A stretch of DNA of 64,000 nt from assembly GCA_965225945.1 (NCBI GenBank), contig CBDDBZ010000037.1, positions 128,001 through 192,000 of the forward strand, given 5' to 3'. Source of the DNA: Alphaproteobacteria bacterium. Lineage in GTDB: Bacteria; Pseudomonadota; Alphaproteobacteria; GCA-2731375. The notes beneath the pieces are model-generated. The model saw only the letters and a program-made list of their open reading frames with translations, searched no databases and had not been told where the DNA came from. Position numbers and translations under genes: made by a program. Below are positions 33,012-44,861 of the stretch, one piece after another; the stretch's first letter is position 1, and every line of letters begins with the position of its first letter.

Positions 33012-34952
33012 ATGAGCATTTATCACGTCATCGTCTTCCTGCCGCTGGTGGCCTGCATCATCGCCGGCTTCGGCGGGCGTTGGATCGGCGACCGGGGTGC
33101 TCAGTGGGTCACTTGCGGCGCGGTCGGGCTCGCCGGGCTGCTGTCGCTCTTCGCCTTCTACGACGTGGCGATCCAGGGCAACCTCGCCAAGGCGGCGGTC
33201 TTCACCTGGATCGATTCCGGTGCCTTCGAGGTCGTCTGGTCGATCCGCGTCGATTCCCTCACCGCCGTCATGCTGGTGGTGGTGAACGTGATCTCGGCTT
33301 TGATCCACGTCTATTCCGTCGGCTACATGAGCCACGATCCGCATATCCCGCGGTTCATGTCCTACCTTTCGCTCTTCACCTTCTTCATGTTGATGCTGGT
33401 GACGGCGGACAACTTCATACAGCTCTTCTTCGGCTGGGAGGGCGTGGGCCTCGTCTCCTATCTGCTGATCGGCTTCTGGTACCTCAGGCCCGCGGCCAAT
33501 GCCGCCGCGATCAAGGCCTTCCTGGTCAACCGGATCGGCGATTTCGGCTTCGCCCTCGCCATCATGGCGATCTTCCTGGCCTTCGGCTCGGTCGATTTCG
33601 ACACCGTCTTCACCGCCGCGCCCGAGCAACAGGGCAAGACGTTCGACTTCCTCGGCCTCGAGCTCGATCTGATGACGACGATCTGCGTCCTGCTGTTCAT
33701 CGGCGCGATGGGCAAGTCGGCGCAGGTCCCGCTCCACACCTGGCTGCCCGACGCGATGGAAGGTCCGACCCCGGTGAGCGCCTTGATCCACGCCGCGACC
33801 ATGGTGACCGCGGGCGTCTTCATGGTCGCGCGCTGCTCGCCGCTGTTTGAGCTCTCGGCCACCGCGCTGGTGGTGGTGACCGTGGTCGGCGCCTTCACCG
33901 CCTTCTTCGCCGCGACCGTCGGCCTGGTGCAGAACGACATCAAGCGGGTCGTCGCCTACAGCACGTGCAGCCAGCTCGGCTACATGTTCTTCGCCTGCGG
34001 CGTCGGCGCCTATGCCGCCGCGATCTTCCACCTCTTCACCCATGCCTTCTTCAAGGCGCTGCTGTTCCTGGGCTCCGGTTCGGTGATCCACGCGCTCTCG
34101 GACGAGCAGGACATGCGCAAGATGGGGGGCATGCGCAAGCTCATGCCGTGGACCTATGGGACCATGTGGGTGGGGACTCTCGCGCTCGCCGGCATTCCGA
34201 TCTTCGCCGGCTTTTACTCCAAGGACATGATCCTGGAAAGCGCCTTCGCCAAGGCCACCGGGGCGGGCCATTTCGCCTATTACCTGGGCGTCGTCGCCGC
34301 GGTGATGACCGCTTTCTATTCCTGCCGCCTGATGTTCATGACCTTCCACGGCGAGCCCCGGGCGGGGGAGGAAGCAATGCATCGGGCGCACGAAAGCCCA
34401 CCGGTGATCCTGATCCCGCTGGTGATCCTGGCGGTGGGCGCGGCCGGCTCCGGCTTCGCCTTCTACCACTTCTTCGTCGGCGACGGCCGGGCCGATTTCT
34501 GGGGCAAGGCGATTCTGACGCTGGGCGAGACGGACGTGATCGAGGCGGCGCACCATGTGCCGTTCTGGGTCAAGGCGCTGCCGCTGGTCGCGGCGGGGTC
34601 CGGCATTCTCGGCGCGGCGATCTTCTACCTCTGGCGCCAAGGCATTCCCGAGCGCATCGTCGGCGCGCATCGGGAGGCGTATCTGTTCCTGCTCAACAAG
34701 TGGTACTTCGACGAGGCCTACGAGCTGCTGCTGGTTCGCCCCTCCAAGTGGCTGGGCCTGAAGCTCTGGAAGGTCGGCGACGGACGGATCATCGATGGGC
34801 TAGGTCCCGACGGCGTCTCGACGACGGTGATCCGGCTCGCCCAGCGGGCGTCGGCGCTGCAGTCGGGCTACCTCTACCACTATGCCTTCGCCATGCTGCT
34901 CGGCATCGCGATTTTCGTCACCTGGTACTTCCTGGCGGGTTGGGGAGGGTGA
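33012..34952 (+). CDS. nuoL: NADH-quinone oxidoreductase subunit L
   Basis: [30 protein letters not shown]. Confidence 0.97.
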   Translation: MSIYHVIVFLPLVACIIAGFGGRWIGDRGAQWVTCGAVGLAGLLSLFAFYDVAIQGNLAKAAVFTWIDSGAFEVVWSIRVDSLTAVMLVVVNVISALIHVYSVGYMSHDPHIPRFMSYLSLFTFFMLMLVTADNFIQLFFGWEGVGLVSYLLIGFWYLRPAANAAAIKAFLVNRIGDFGFALAIMAIFLAFGSVDFDTVFTAAPEQQGKTFDFLGLELDLMTTICVLLFIGAMGKSAQVPLHTWLPDAMEGPTPVSALIHAATMVTAGVFMVARCSPLFELSATALVVVTVVGAFTAFFAATVGLVQNDIKRVVAYSTCSQLGYMFFACGVGAYAAAIFHLFTHAFFKALLFLGSGSVIHALSDEQDMRKMGGMRKLMPWTYGTMWVGTLALAGIPIFAGFYSKDMILESAFAKATGAGHFAYYLGVVAAVMTAFYSCRLMFMTFHGEPRAGEEAMHRAHESPPVILIPLVILAVGAAGSGFAFYHFFVGDGRADFWGKAILTLGETDVIEAAHHVPFWVKALPLVAAGSGILGAAIFYLWRQGIPERIVGAHREAYLFLLNKWYFDEAYELLLVRPSKWLGLKLWKVGDGRIIDGLGPDGVSTTVIRLAQRASALQSGYLYHYAFAMLLGIAIFVTWYFLAGWGG

Positions 34953-34956
34953 GCCG

Positions 34957-36492
34957 ATGACCGATTGGCCGCTGCTCTCCCTCGTCGTCTTCCTGCCGCT
35001 GGCGGGCGTCGCCTTCATTCTGATCGGCGGCATGACCTCGAAGGACCCGGAGATCACCAAGCGCAACGCCAGGAGCGCCGCGCTCTGGACGTCCGCCGCG
35101 ACCTTCGTCATCTCGCTGCTGATATGGGCGAACTTCGAGAACGGCACCGCCGCTTTCCAGTTCGAGGAGCGCCACGAATGGCTGGCCCCGGGGATCGCCT
35201 ACCGGATGGGCGTCGACGGCATCTCGATGCTGTTCATCGTTCTGACCGCGCTGCTGACGCCGATCTGCATCCTGGCGAGCTGGGAGACCATCGAGAACCG
35301 CGTGCCCGAGTACATGATCGCCTTCCTCGTGCTCGAGACGATGATGATCGGCGTCTTCTCGGCCCTCGACTTCGTGCTGTTCTATCTCTTCTTCGAGGGT
35401 GGCCTGATCCCGATGTTCCTGATCATCGGGATCTGGGGCGGGCCGAGGCGGATTTACTCGACCTTCAAGTTCTTCCTCTTCACGCTCTTGGGCTCGGTCC
35501 TGTTGCTGCTGGCGCTCGCCTACATGTATGTGACCGTCGGCACCACCGACATCCCGACACTGATCGGCCATGACTTCGCGGCCGGCGCGCAGACTTGGCT
35601 CTGGCTCGCCTTCTTCGCCTCCTTCGCGGTCAAACTGCCCATGTGGCCGTTCCATACCTGGCTTCCCGATGCCCACGTGGAGGCGCCGACGGCGGGCTCC
35701 GTCGTACTGGCCGCCGTGCTGTTGAAGATGGGCGGTTACGGCTTCCTCAGATTCTCGATCCCGATGCTGCCGCTGGCCAGCGAGTATTTCATTCCCTTCG
35801 TCTTCGCGCTGTCGATCGTCGCGGTGATCTACACCTCCTTCGTCGCCCTGATGCAGGAGGACATGAAGAAGCTGATCGCCTATTCCTCGGTGGCGCACAT
35901 GGGCTTCGTCACCGTCGGAATCTTCAGCTTCACGACCCAGGGAGTGGAAGGCGGGATCGTCCAGATGCTGAGCCACGGCATCGTCTCCGCCGCGCTCTTC
36001 CTCTGCGTCGGGGTGATCTATGACCGCGTCCACAGCCGCATGATCGACGACTACGGCGGCCTGGTGAACCGGATGCCCAAATATGCCTTCGTCTTCGCCG
36101 TCTTCATGCTGGCCTCGGTCGGCCTGCCGGGGACCAGCGGCTTCGTCGGCGAATTCCTGATACTGGTCGGCGCCTTTCAGGTCAGCACCTGGGTCGCGGC
36201 GCTGACCTCGACCGGCATGATCTTGGGCGCCGCCTACATGCTCTGGCTCTATCGCCGGGTGATTTTCGGCGTGCTGGAGAAGGACAACCTGAAATCGATC
36301 GTCGATATGAGCCCGCGCGAAATTTTGATCTTTGCGCCGCTGGTGGCGATCGCGATTCTCATGGGAATCTACCCGACGCCGGTCCTAGACGTCATGCACG
36401 CCTCCGTCGCCAACCTGCTGGAGCAGTATCATGGCGCCGTGCAGGCGGCCCAGGCGGCGGGCGAGGGCGCGACGCGGTTGGCGGCGAGATAG
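34957..36492 (+). CDS. nuoM: NADH-quinone oxidoreductase subunit M
   Basis: [26 protein letters not shown]; ATG at 34957. Confidence 0.96.
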   Translation: MTDWPLLSLVVFLPLAGVAFILIGGMTSKDPEITKRNARSAALWTSAATFVISLLIWANFENGTAAFQFEERHEWLAPGIAYRMGVDGISMLFIVLTALLTPICILASWETIENRVPEYMIAFLVLETMMIGVFSALDFVLFYLFFEGGLIPMFLIIGIWGGPRRIYSTFKFFLFTLLGSVLLLLALAYMYVTVGTTDIPTLIGHDFAAGAQTWLWLAFFASFAVKLPMWPFHTWLPDAHVEAPTAGSVVLAAVLLKMGGYGFLRFSIPMLPLASEYFIPFVFALSIVAVIYTSFVALMQEDMKKLIAYSSVAHMGFVTVGIFSFTTQGVEGGIVQMLSHGIVSAALFLCVGVIYDRVHSRMIDDYGGLVNRMPKYAFVFAVFMLASVGLPGTSGFVGEFLILVGAFQVSTWVAALTSTGMILGAAYMLWLYRRVIFGVLEKDNLKSIVDMSPREILIFAPLVAIAILMGIYPTPVLDVMHASVANLLEQYHGAVQAAQAAGEGATRLAAR

Positions 36493-36500
36493 GGGGAGCG

Positions 36501-37946
36501 ATGGCCATCGAGACCCACCTCTACGCCGCCGCGTTACCGGAGATATTCATCGCCGTCTCGGCCATGGCGCTGTTGATGCTTGGGGTATTCCGCGGCGACG
36601 GCTCGACACGCCTGGTCGCCTGGCTCGCCGTCGCGGCGATGGCGATCGCCTTCGCGCTGGTCTCGAACATGTCGGGCATCCGCGTGGTGACCTTCGCCGG
36701 CGGCTTCGTCATCGACGACTTCGGCAACTTCGCCAAGTTCCTGATCCTGCTCGGCGCCGCCGTTGGGCTGATCATGTCGCTTTCCTATATCCGCAACGAG
36801 GGGATGGAACGTTTCGAGTTTCCGGTTCTCATCCTGCTGGCGACGCTCGGCATGATGATGATGGTGTCGGCCAACGATCTGATCTCGCTCTACATGGGGC
36901 TGGAGATCCAGAGTCTCTCACTCTACGTCGTCACCGCCATCAAGCGGGATTCCCACCGCTCCAGCGAGGCCGGCCTCAAGTATTTCGTCCTCGGCGCGCT
37001 TTCCTCCGGCATGCTGCTCTACGGCTGCTCGATGATCTACGGCTTCACCGGCAGCACCAATTTCGAGACGATCGCGGCCCATGTCGGCGAGGCCAAGGGC
37101 GCTTCGGTCGGCCTGGTCGTCGGCATCGCCTTCCTGATGGCGGGCCTCGCCTTCAAGGTCTCCGCCGTGCCCTTCCATATGTGGACGCCGGACGTCTACG
37201 AAGGCGCGCCGACGCCGGTGACCGCCTTCCTGGCGGCGGCGCCGAAGATCGCGGCGATCGTGCTCTTCATCCGCGCCATGGTGGTGCCTTTCGCCGAGGC
37301 GACCCAGGACTGGCAGCAGATCGTCGTCTTCATCTCCATGCTGTCGATGGTGCTGGGCGCCTTCGCGGCGATCTGGCAGACCAACATCAAGCGGCTGATG
37401 GCCTACAGTTCGATCGGCCATATCGGCTTCGCGCTCATGGGCCTGGCGGCCGGCACGTCGGAGGGCGTGCGCGCGACGTTGGTCTATATGACGATCTATC
37501 TGGTCATGAACCTCGGTACCTTCGCCTGCATCCTCTGCATGCGCCGGCGCGATGGGCTCGTGGAGGGGATCAGCGATCTCGCCGGCCTCGACCGCAACGA
37601 CCGGCCGGTGGCGTTGGCACTGATGGTCTTCATGTTCTCCATGGCCGGCGTGCCGCCGGCGGCGGGTTTCTTCGGCAAGTTCTACGTCTTCATGGCCGCC
37701 GTCCACGCCGAGCTCTACCTGCTGGCGGTCGTCGGCGTCGTCTCCAGCGTGGTGGCCGCCTTCTATTACCTCAGGATCGTCAAGATCATGTATTTCGACG
37801 ACCCCGCCGAGCCGTTCATCAAGCCGATCGGCCCGGAGATGAAGGTGATCCTGACGGTGACGGCGAGCTTCGTGGTCTTTTTCGCCGTCTATCCGGCGCC
37901 CTTGCTGGAAAGCGCCCAGGCCGCCGCCGCCGCCGTGATGCCGTGA
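36501..37946 (+). CDS. nuoN: NADH-quinone oxidoreductase subunit N
   Basis: [30 protein letters not shown]. Confidence 0.97.
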   Translation: MAIETHLYAAALPEIFIAVSAMALLMLGVFRGDGSTRLVAWLAVAAMAIAFALVSNMSGIRVVTFAGGFVIDDFGNFAKFLILLGAAVGLIMSLSYIRNEGMERFEFPVLILLATLGMMMMVSANDLISLYMGLEIQSLSLYVVTAIKRDSHRSSEAGLKYFVLGALSSGMLLYGCSMIYGFTGSTNFETIAAHVGEAKGASVGLVVGIAFLMAGLAFKVSAVPFHMWTPDVYEGAPTPVTAFLAAAPKIAAIVLFIRAMVVPFAEATQDWQQIVVFISMLSMVLGAFAAIWQTNIKRLMAYSSIGHIGFALMGLAAGTSEGVRATLVYMTIYLVMNLGTFACILCMRRRDGLVEGISDLAGLDRNDRPVALALMVFMFSMAGVPPAAGFFGKFYVFMAAVHAELYLLAVVGVVSSVVAAFYYLRIVKIMYFDDPAEPFIKPIGPEMKVILTVTASFVVFFAVYPAPLLESAQAAAAAVMP

Positions 37947-38725
37947 CGCCGACCTCGCCCGCCGGGGGCCGAGACACTCCGGCGCCGCCGGCGTTCTTTC
38001 GGCCGATCTTCCATGAAGAGCTGGTCAGCACCAACGACGAGGCGCGGCGTCTCGCCGACGCCGGGGCCGAGGAAGGAACGCTCGTCGTCGCGCGGCGCCA
38101 GAGTGGCGGTCGCGGCCGACGCGGCCGGGTCTGGCATTCGCCCGTGGGAAATCTTTACGCCTCGTTCGTGTTTCGCCCGGGCGGCCCGCCGGGGGAGGCC
38201 GCAATGCTCTCCTTCGTCGCCGCGGTGGCGGTGGCGGTGGCCTTGGAGCGATGGCTCGAACCGGCGCGCATCCAGCTCGCCTGGCCCAACGACGTCCACA
38301 TCGACGGCGCCAAGATCTCCGGCATATTGTTGGAGGCCTCAGGCCTGGGCGACGGCGCCGCCGACGCCGTCGTCGTCGGCATCGGCGTCAACATCCGCCA
38401 TCACCCCGATCTCGCCGATCGGCCGACCACCGCGCTTCGGGCGCTCGGCGTCGAGGCGGCGTCCCCGGAGGTGGTGCTCGCCGACGTGGCGGCCGGCCTG
38501 CTGTTTTGGTATGAACGCTGGCGTCTGGAGGGCTTCGCGCCGGTCCGCCACGCATGGCTCGCCCGGGCCATGCGACGGGGCGAGACGATATCGGCCCGGG
38601 TCGGCGGGAAGGTGATCCGGGGCGTCTTCGCCGACCTGGACGAGTCCGGCGCCCTGGTGCTCGTCACGCCCGAGGGCGCGCGTCGGCGGATCACCGCCGG
38701 CGAGATCCACTTCGAGAATGCGTGA
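37943..38725 (+). CDS. birA: Biotin--protein ligase
   Basis: [26 protein letters not shown]; follows nuoN. Confidence 0.92.
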   Translation: MTPTSPAGGRDTPAPPAFFRPIFHEELVSTNDEARRLADAGAEEGTLVVARRQSGGRGRRGRVWHSPVGNLYASFVFRPGGPPGEAAMLSFVAAVAVAVALERWLEPARIQLAWPNDVHIDGAKISGILLEASGLGDGAADAVVVGIGVNIRHHPDLADRPTTALRALGVEAASPEVVLADVAAGLLFWYERWRLEGFAPVRHAWLARAMRRGETISARVGGKVIRGVFADLDESGALVLVTPEGARRRITAGEIHFENA

Positions 38726-38731
38726 GGCGAC

Positions 38732-39502
38732 ATGCTGCTCGCTATCAACGCCAACAACACCAACACCAAGTTCTCCCTCTACGACGGGAACCGCGCGGTG
38801 GGCGAATGGCGCCAACGAACCTCCGCGCACCGCACCGGCGACGAGCACGCGGTCTGGCTGTACCAACTGCTGGCGATGGAGAAGATCGATCCGAGCGCGA
38901 TCGATTCCGCGATCATCGCGACGACGGTGCCGGAGGCGCTGTTCAATCTACGCCGCCTCTGCACCCGCTATCTCGACTGCGAGCCGCTGGTGGTCGGCGA
39001 GGCGGGCTGCGAACTCGGCATCGAGGTCCGCGCGACGCCACCGGTCGGCGCCGATCGCATCGCCAATACCGTGGGCGCCGGGGTGCTGTTTCCGGGTCAG
39101 CCGATGATCATCGTCGATTTCGGCACCGCCACGACCTTCGACGTGGTGAACGCGGCCGGCGACTATTGCGGCGGCGCCATCGCGCCCGGCATCAACCTCT
39201 CCTTGGAGGCGCTGCACAACGCGACGGCGCTGCTGCCCAGGGTCGTGGTGGCGCGGCCCGAGAAGGTCATCGGCACCGATACGGTCGCCTGCATGCATTC
39301 CGGCATATTTTGGGGCTACGTCGGTTTGATCGAGGGCATCGTCGGGCGTATCCGGGACGAATTTGGGGCTCCCATGGGGGTACTTTCGACCGGCGGTCTG
39401 GCGCCGATGTTCGAAGGCGTGACCGAGGTGTTCGAGCAACTGGTGCCCGACATCACCATGCGCGGCCTGGTCGAGATCCATCGGCGGACCACCGGTGGCT
39501 GA
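38732..39502 (+). CDS. coaX: Type III pantothenate kinase
   Basis: GADR, VDFGTATTFD, GGAIAPG, TGG; conserved position after birA. Confidence 0.9.
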   Translation: MLLAINANNTNTKFSLYDGNRAVGEWRQRTSAHRTGDEHAVWLYQLLAMEKIDPSAIDSAIIATTVPEALFNLRRLCTRYLDCEPLVVGEAGCELGIEVRATPPVGADRIANTVGAGVLFPGQPMIIVDFGTATTFDVVNAAGDYCGGAIAPGINLSLEALHNATALLPRVVVARPEKVIGTDTVACMHSGIFWGYVGLIEGIVGRIRDEFGAPMGVLSTGGLAPMFEGVTEVFEQLVPDITMRGLVEIHRRTTGG

Positions 39503-41204
39503 GCCGGCAATCAGCGACGCCTGGTCGCCCGGCGACCTGGTGTTCCTCCCCCTCGGCGGGGCCGGCGAGATCGGCATGAACCTCAACCTCTACGGCCACG
39601 CCGGGAAATGGCTGATGGTCGATCTGGGGATCACCTTCGCCGACGAGACGATGCCGGGAATCGACCTGGTGATCCCGGACCCGAGCTTCATCGAGGAGCG
39701 GCGCGAGGATCTGTTGGGATTGATCCTGACCCATGCGCACGAGGATCATTTGGGCGCGGTGCCGCACCTCTGGCCCAGGCTTCGATGTCCCGTATATGCC
39801 ACGCCCTTCGCCGCCACGGTGCTGCGCCGCAAGCTCCGGGAGCACGGGCTGGAGAATGAGGTGCCGCTCCACGTGGTGCCGCTCGGCGGGAGTGTGTCGC
39901 TGCCGCCCTTCGAGGTCTCCTTCCTCGCCATCACCCACTCGATCCTGGAGCCCAACGCGCTCGCCATCCGCACAGCCGCGGGCATGATACTGCACACGGG
40001 CGATTGGAAGCTCGACCCCGATCCCCTGGTGATGGCGCCGACCGACGAGGCGGCTTTCCGCGCCTTGGGCGAGGAAGGCGTGCTGGCGATGGTCTGCGAT
40101 TCCACCAACGCGCTCGTCGAGGGCACCTCGGGCTCGGAGGCGGAGGTGCGCCGCCACCTGCTCGACCTCGTGGTGGGCCGGCCGGGCCGCGTCGCGATCA
40201 CCATCTTCGCCTCCAACGTCGCCCGCCTCAAGACGGTCGCCGAGGTCGCGCGCGCCGACGACCGCCATCTGGTCGTGGTCGGACGCTCGCTCTGGCGGAT
40301 GATCGAGGCGGCGCGCGAGACCGGCTACATGGACGATCTGGGCCCGCTGCTGGACGACAGGGAAGGGGGCAACCTGGCGCCGGAACGCGTGCTCTATCTC
40401 TGCACCGGCTGCCAGGGGGAGCCTCGGGGTGCCATGGCGCGGATCGCCTCGGGCGGGCATCGCGAGGTGGTGTTGGAGGCGGGCGACACGGTGATCTTCT
40501 CGTCGCGCATCATACCCGGCAACGAGCGGGCGATCGCCCGCATGCACAACCAGCTCGCCGAGGCGGGGGTCGAGGTGATCTCCGAGCGCGACGCCGACGT
40601 CCACGTATCCGGCCATCCCTGCCGCGAGGAACTGGCGGCGATGTATCGCTGGGTCCGCCCCCGGATCGCCGTGCCGGTCCACGGCGAGATGCGCCACATG
40701 CGCAGCCACGCGGACTTGGCCCGCTCGCTGCAAGTGCCGCATGCCGTCATCGCCGGCAACGGGCAAATTCTGAAGCTCGACGCGGCGGCGCCGGAAATCG
40801 TCGGCGAGGTCCGCTCGGGCCGCCTGCTGGTCGACGGCGACCGCCTGGTGGCCGAGGCCGATGCGGCGATCCGCGAGCGCCGGAGAATGATGTTCAACGG
40901 CAACGTCGTGGCGACCCTGGTGCTCGATGGCCGGGGCGAATTGGCGACGCCGCCGGCGATCGTCCTGCAAGGATTGCCCGGAATTGACGGCGAGGACTCG
41001 CTGGCCCAGGCCGTCGAGCGCGCCGTCGTCGCTGCCGTCGGACGGCTCGGGCGGGCGGGGCGACGGCTCGACGGCCGAATCGAGGAGGCCGCGCGTCTCG
41101 CCGCGCGCCGCGCGATCAAGAGCCTTTGCGGCAAGCGGCCCGTGGTGGAGGTGCGGGTCCTGCGCCTCGAACAGGGCCCCATGACGGGAGAGGGAAGAGG
41201 ATGA
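39495..41204 (+). CDS. rnj: Ribonuclease J
   Basis: PLGGAGEIGMN, THAHEDHLG, HTGDWK, HVSGH, PVHGE. Confidence 0.95.
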   Translation: MAEPAISDAWSPGDLVFLPLGGAGEIGMNLNLYGHAGKWLMVDLGITFADETMPGIDLVIPDPSFIEERREDLLGLILTHAHEDHLGAVPHLWPRLRCPVYATPFAATVLRRKLREHGLENEVPLHVVPLGGSVSLPPFEVSFLAITHSILEPNALAIRTAAGMILHTGDWKLDPDPLVMAPTDEAAFRALGEEGVLAMVCDSTNALVEGTSGSEAEVRRHLLDLVVGRPGRVAITIFASNVARLKTVAEVARADDRHLVVVGRSLWRMIEAARETGYMDDLGPLLDDREGGNLAPERVLYLCTGCQGEPRGAMARIASGGHREVVLEAGDTVIFSSRIIPGNERAIARMHNQLAEAGVEVISERDADVHVSGHPCREELAAMYRWVRPRIAVPVHGEMRHMRSHADLARSLQVPHAVIAGNGQILKLDAAAPEIVGEVRSGRLLVDGDRLVAEADAAIRERRRMMFNGNVVATLVLDGRGELATPPAIVLQGLPGIDGEDSLAQAVERAVVAAVGRLGRAGRRLDGRIEEAARLAARRAIKSLCGKRPVVEVRVLRLEQGPMTGEGRG

Positions 41205-41605
41205 TCGGGCGATTGAATCACGTGGCCATCGTGGTCCCCGACTTGGGTGCCGCGAGCGCGGTTTATCGCGACACTCTCGGCGCCGAGGTCACCGCGCCCG
41301 CACACCTGCCGGAACACGGCGTGACGACGGTCTTCGTCGCGCTCGACAACACCAAGATCGAGCTGTTGGAGCCGCTCGGCGAGGACTCTCCGATCGCCGG
41401 GTTTCTCGCCCGCAATCCGGCCGGCGGCATGCACCACGTCTGCTACGAGGTCCACGACATCATCGCCGCGCGCGACCACCTGCGAGCCCAAGGCGCCCGG
41501 GTGCTCGGCGACGGGGAACCTCGGACCGGCGCCCACGGCAAGCCGGTTCTCTTCCTCCATCCGAAGGATTTCTGTGGCACATTGGTGGAATTGGAACAGG
41601 TCTGA
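41201..41605 (+). CDS. mce: Methylmalonyl-CoA epimerase
   Basis: MIGRLNHVAI, GMHHVC, FLHPKD...LVELEQ. Confidence 0.94.
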   Translation: MIGRLNHVAIVVPDLGAASAVYRDTLGAEVTAPAHLPEHGVTTVFVALDNTKIELLEPLGEDSPIAGFLARNPAGGMHHVCYEVHDIIAARDHLRAQGARVLGDGEPRTGAHGKPVLFLHPKDFCGTLVELEQV

Positions 41606-41623
41606 GGCGTCGGGAGCGGGGTC

Positions 41624-41881
41624 ATGAGCATCGCCAGCGACCTGCTGGTCTACGCCTTGATCTGGGGCGTCGTCTTCTTCATGGCGCTGCCGATCGGCGT
41701 CAGTACGGCGGAGGAAGCCGGCGAAAGCTTGGAACCGGGCATGGCGGAAAGCGCGCCGGTCCGCCCCCGGGTTTGGCTGAAAGCCGGCGCCACGACCCTC
41801 GTTGCGGCGCTGCTCTGGCTCGGGTTTTATTTCATTCGAAAATACGATCTGGTCGGCTTTCGCGACTACTTGGGGCAATAA
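41624..41881 (+). CDS. DUF1467-family membrane protein
   Basis: IWGVVFFMALPIG, PGMAESAP; conserved position after mce. Confidence 0.85.
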   Translation: MSIASDLLVYALIWGVVFFMALPIGVSTAEEAGESLEPGMAESAPVRPRVWLKAGATTLVAALLWLGFYFIRKYDLVGFRDYLGQ

Positions 41882-41995
41882 CCGAGGGGTGCGATCGCCG
41901 AATCCAGCTCATTGATTCGCGCGATTCGCCGCCGAATGCACAATTCAATGCGCGCCAAGGTGTTTCGATCGGCCGATGCAAGGCACGGTGCGTTT

Positions 41996-43687
41996 GTAAG
42001 AGGGGCAAAACCCCGGGCATTTTTTGAGCTGGGGGGATTCTCAGCGGACTCGAAGTATGAATCAATGGGGCGATGGCCGAATCGCTCCCGGATATTGAGG
42101 CCCTGAGCCTGGACGACCTCAAGCGGTTGGTGCTCCGGCAATTGGAGGAGGTCGCGCGTCTGCGAGTGGAGAACGCGGCCTTGCGCGAGGAGATCGCGCG
42201 GCTGAAAGGGCTCAAGGGGCGGCCCAAGATCAAGCCGAGCGGCATGGAGAAGAAGGCGGCCGAACGACGCAAGACCAAGGAACGGCGCCAACAGGCCCGC
42301 CGGGGCAAGAAGAACGCGCGGCTGCGTATCGACGAGGAGCGCATCCTTGTGGCCGAGGTTCCGCCGGGCTCGCGCTTCAAGGGCACCGAGCCCTACGTGG
42401 TCCAAGATCTCTTGGTGCGCCCATATACCCTGCGCTACCACCGGCAACGCTGGGTGACGCCGTCGGGAGAGACGGTGATAGCGGCCTTGCCAGCGGGGGT
42501 GAAGGGCCACTTCGGGTCGGAGTTGCGCCGCTTCGTGGTGGACCTCTACCACCAGGGCCAGACCACGGTGGCGCGTCTGGTGGCCTTGCTCAGCGATATC
42601 GGGGTGGCGATCTCCAAGCGCCAGGTGATGCGGCTCCTGAACGAGGACCAGGCGTGCTTCACCGGCGAGGCGGGCGCGGTTCTGCGCGCCGGCCTGGAGA
42701 CCGCGGCCTGGGTCAGCGTGGACGACACCGGCGCCCGCCATCGGGCGCGCAACGGCGTGTGCACGCAGATCGGCAACGACCATTTCGCCTGGTTCGCCAC
42801 CGGCTTTTCCAAGAGCCGGCGGAACTTCCTGGAACTGCTGCGGGCCGGTCACGAAGACTACCTGGTCAATGACGCGGCCTTGGCCTACATGCGCGAACGC
42901 CGTCTCGCCGGCCCCCTCGTCGCCCGTTTGGAAACGGCCCGGGTGCGCCGCTTTGCCGACGAGAGGATCTGGATGAGCCACCTGAAGGCCTTGGGGATCA
43001 CGGACCTCGAGGTCCAGCCCGATCCGGTCAAGATCGCCACCGAGGGCGCGCTCTGGGGCTCCCTTACTGACCACGGCCTGCTCAAAGACAGCGTCATCCT
43101 CAGCGACGACGCCGGCCAGTTCAACGTCGGCCATCACGCGCTCTGCTGGGTCCACGCCGAGCGCTTGGTCCATAAGCTGGATTGTTTCACTCAGGCGCAG
43201 GCGCAAGCGAAAGAACGGATCCGGACCCGGATCTGGTGGCTCTACGCGGACCTCAAGGCCTACCGCGAAGACCCGCGCCGGCGACGAAGACGCGAGCTTC
43301 GCCGGCGCTTCGACGATATCTTCACCAGGCGCACCGGCTTCGCCACCCTCGATCGCCTGCTCGCCCGGCTCCATGGCAACAAGGAAGAGTTGCTGCTGGT
43401 GCTCGAGCGCCCCGAGGTGCCGCTCAACACCAACGGCTCGGAGAACGACATCCGCTGCCAGGTGACCCGCCGCAAGATCTCCGGCGGCACCCGATCCGAG
43501 GCCGGCCGCGAGGCCCGCGACGCCTTCCTCGGCCTCATGAAGACCTGCGCCAAACAGGGCATCTCCTTCTGGGACTACCTCGGCGACCGCCTCGGGGTCC
43601 CCGATGCCCCGCCTATCGCCTACCTCCCCGATCTGATCAGGCAGCGCGCCGCCTCAGCCTGAGTGCCCGGGGTTCTGCCCCTATTAC
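41996..43687 (+). mobile_element. IS66-family insertion sequence, single-ORF type (1692 bp)
   Basis: Ends GTAAGAGGGGCAAAACCCCGGGCA / GTAATAGGGGCAGAACCCCGGGCA; 8-bp TSD GTGCGTTT at 41988-41995 and 43688-43695. Confidence 0.92.
42073..43662 (+). CDS. IS66 transposase (intact)
   Basis: N-terminal coiled coil, VDDTG, LSDDAG, CWVHAER, NGSENDIR. Confidence 0.9.
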   Translation: MAESLPDIEALSLDDLKRLVLRQLEEVARLRVENAALREEIARLKGLKGRPKIKPSGMEKKAAERRKTKERRQQARRGKKNARLRIDEERILVAEVPPGSRFKGTEPYVVQDLLVRPYTLRYHRQRWVTPSGETVIAALPAGVKGHFGSELRRFVVDLYHQGQTTVARLVALLSDIGVAISKRQVMRLLNEDQACFTGEAGAVLRAGLETAAWVSVDDTGARHRARNGVCTQIGNDHFAWFATGFSKSRRNFLELLRAGHEDYLVNDAALAYMRERRLAGPLVARLETARVRRFADERIWMSHLKALGITDLEVQPDPVKIATEGALWGSLTDHGLLKDSVILSDDAGQFNVGHHALCWVHAERLVHKLDCFTQAQAQAKERIRTRIWWLYADLKAYREDPRRRRRRELRRRFDDIFTRRTGFATLDRLLARLHGNKEELLLVLERPEVPLNTNGSENDIRCQVTRRKISGGTRSEAGREARDAFLGLMKTCAKQGISFWDYLGDRLGVPDAPPIAYLPDLIRQRAASA

Positions 43688-43942
43688 GTGCGTTTGTGTT
43701 AACTAATTGAATTAATGACGAAAATATGGCCATCGAGAAGTCATGCAAGACCTCGTGCCTTGCCAAACGCGTGGCGCAATCACATAATTCCAATGTCGTT
43801 GGAGGGTGTTGGCCTCCAATGTACGCTTAAAGGCGTTTCCTCCCAAAACTTGGGCCGCGCGAGATTCGGGCGGCCCCTTTTGGTGTCGAATTCGCGCCTG
43901 CGCGGCTACCGAAAATTCATCAATTCGCGCCATGTTGGCCGT

Positions 43943-44419
43943 ATGTGGCGATCATTCAACTTGGCGATCTGCCTCGCGGTTTCGCTGCACGTCGGCCCGG
44001 CGGCGGCGGGCGACGAGGCGGCGTATCTCGTCGTCGATCGGCGAACTTGCGCCCGCCTGGTTCGACATCTGGCAGACGACGACGTCGCTTATCGAGGGGG
44101 CGTCGACGCCCGGGGCCGCGCCGTCGCGCCGGCGGACCTGGCGCCCGAGTTCGAGGTCCCGGTGCCGGCGGAGGTTGAGATCGCCCTGCTGGTGCCGCTG
44201 GAGGCGTTCGATGCGCGCCGCCCGCGCCGCGCCCGATTCCGGCGGCCGTGGCGCGTCCGCCGGTTTCGCCGCCGGGATCTGTTGGCCCGGGCGGAAGTGA
44301 ACCTCGGGCGGCTCACCTTCGAGTTGGCGAGCGGCGAAATTCGCTACAACGATCGCCCGCTGGAGCCCGCGCTGCTCACCAAATTTCGGGCCGCCTGCCG
44401 CCGCCTGACGACGCCCTGA
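43943..44419 (+). CDS. Hypothetical exported protein
   Basis: Signal-peptide-like N-terminus; YRGGVDARGRAVAPADL motif; two Cys. Confidence 0.6.
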   Translation: MWRSFNLAICLAVSLHVGPAAAGDEAAYLVVDRRTCARLVRHLADDDVAYRGGVDARGRAVAPADLAPEFEVPVPAEVEIALLVPLEAFDARRPRRARFRRPWRVRRFRRRDLLARAEVNLGRLTFELASGEIRYNDRPLEPALLTKFRAACRRLTTP

Positions 44420-44536
44420 CGGGCAAGCGGGCCGGCGCGCGCCAGATCGCCCGCATGCGATAGAATCCAATCGATTCGTGCGCCGGACCCGGCGGGTCGG
44501 GCGCCAGACGTCAACGATGGATCCGAGGTAAAGCCG

Positions 44537-44842
44537 ATGTCCGAAGCAGTCATCCTCAACGACCATGCGGTGGAAATCGCTCGCCTGGCCAAGGCATTCT
44601 CCAACGACTCGCGGGTGCGGATCATCCGCTGCCTGGCGAGGGGCACCTGGCGGGTCCAGGAGATCGCGGCGGCGACGGGGCTGACCTACGGTGTCGTCTC
44701 GCAGCAGATCGTGACCTTGCGCCGGCTCGGCTACATCGCGGAATATCGCGAGGGCCTGCATGTCCGCCATGGCCTCGTCGGCCACCATATCCGCCAGATG
44801 CTCGACGCCTTCGGCTACATCTTCGAGGAGGCGGACGCGTGA
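44537..44842 (+). CDS. ArsR/SmtB-family regulator
   Basis: KAFSNDSRVRII...VQEIA...VSQQIVTLRRLG; GAGG RBS. Confidence 0.8.
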   Translation: MSEAVILNDHAVEIARLAKAFSNDSRVRIIRCLARGTWRVQEIAAATGLTYGVVSQQIVTLRRLGYIAEYREGLHVRHGLVGHHIRQMLDAFGYIFEEADA

Positions 44843-44861
44843 GCCGACGATCGCGCGACGA

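Noticed and set aside
36431-38725. 764-aa ORF overlapping nuoN, and many long antisense or alternate-frame ORFs
   Set aside because: High-GC shadow ORFs; only the birA part from 37943 has real motifs.
43744-43761. Sigma54-like GGCACG...TTGCA on the minus strand
   Set aside because: GG-to-GC spacing is 11 rather than 10.
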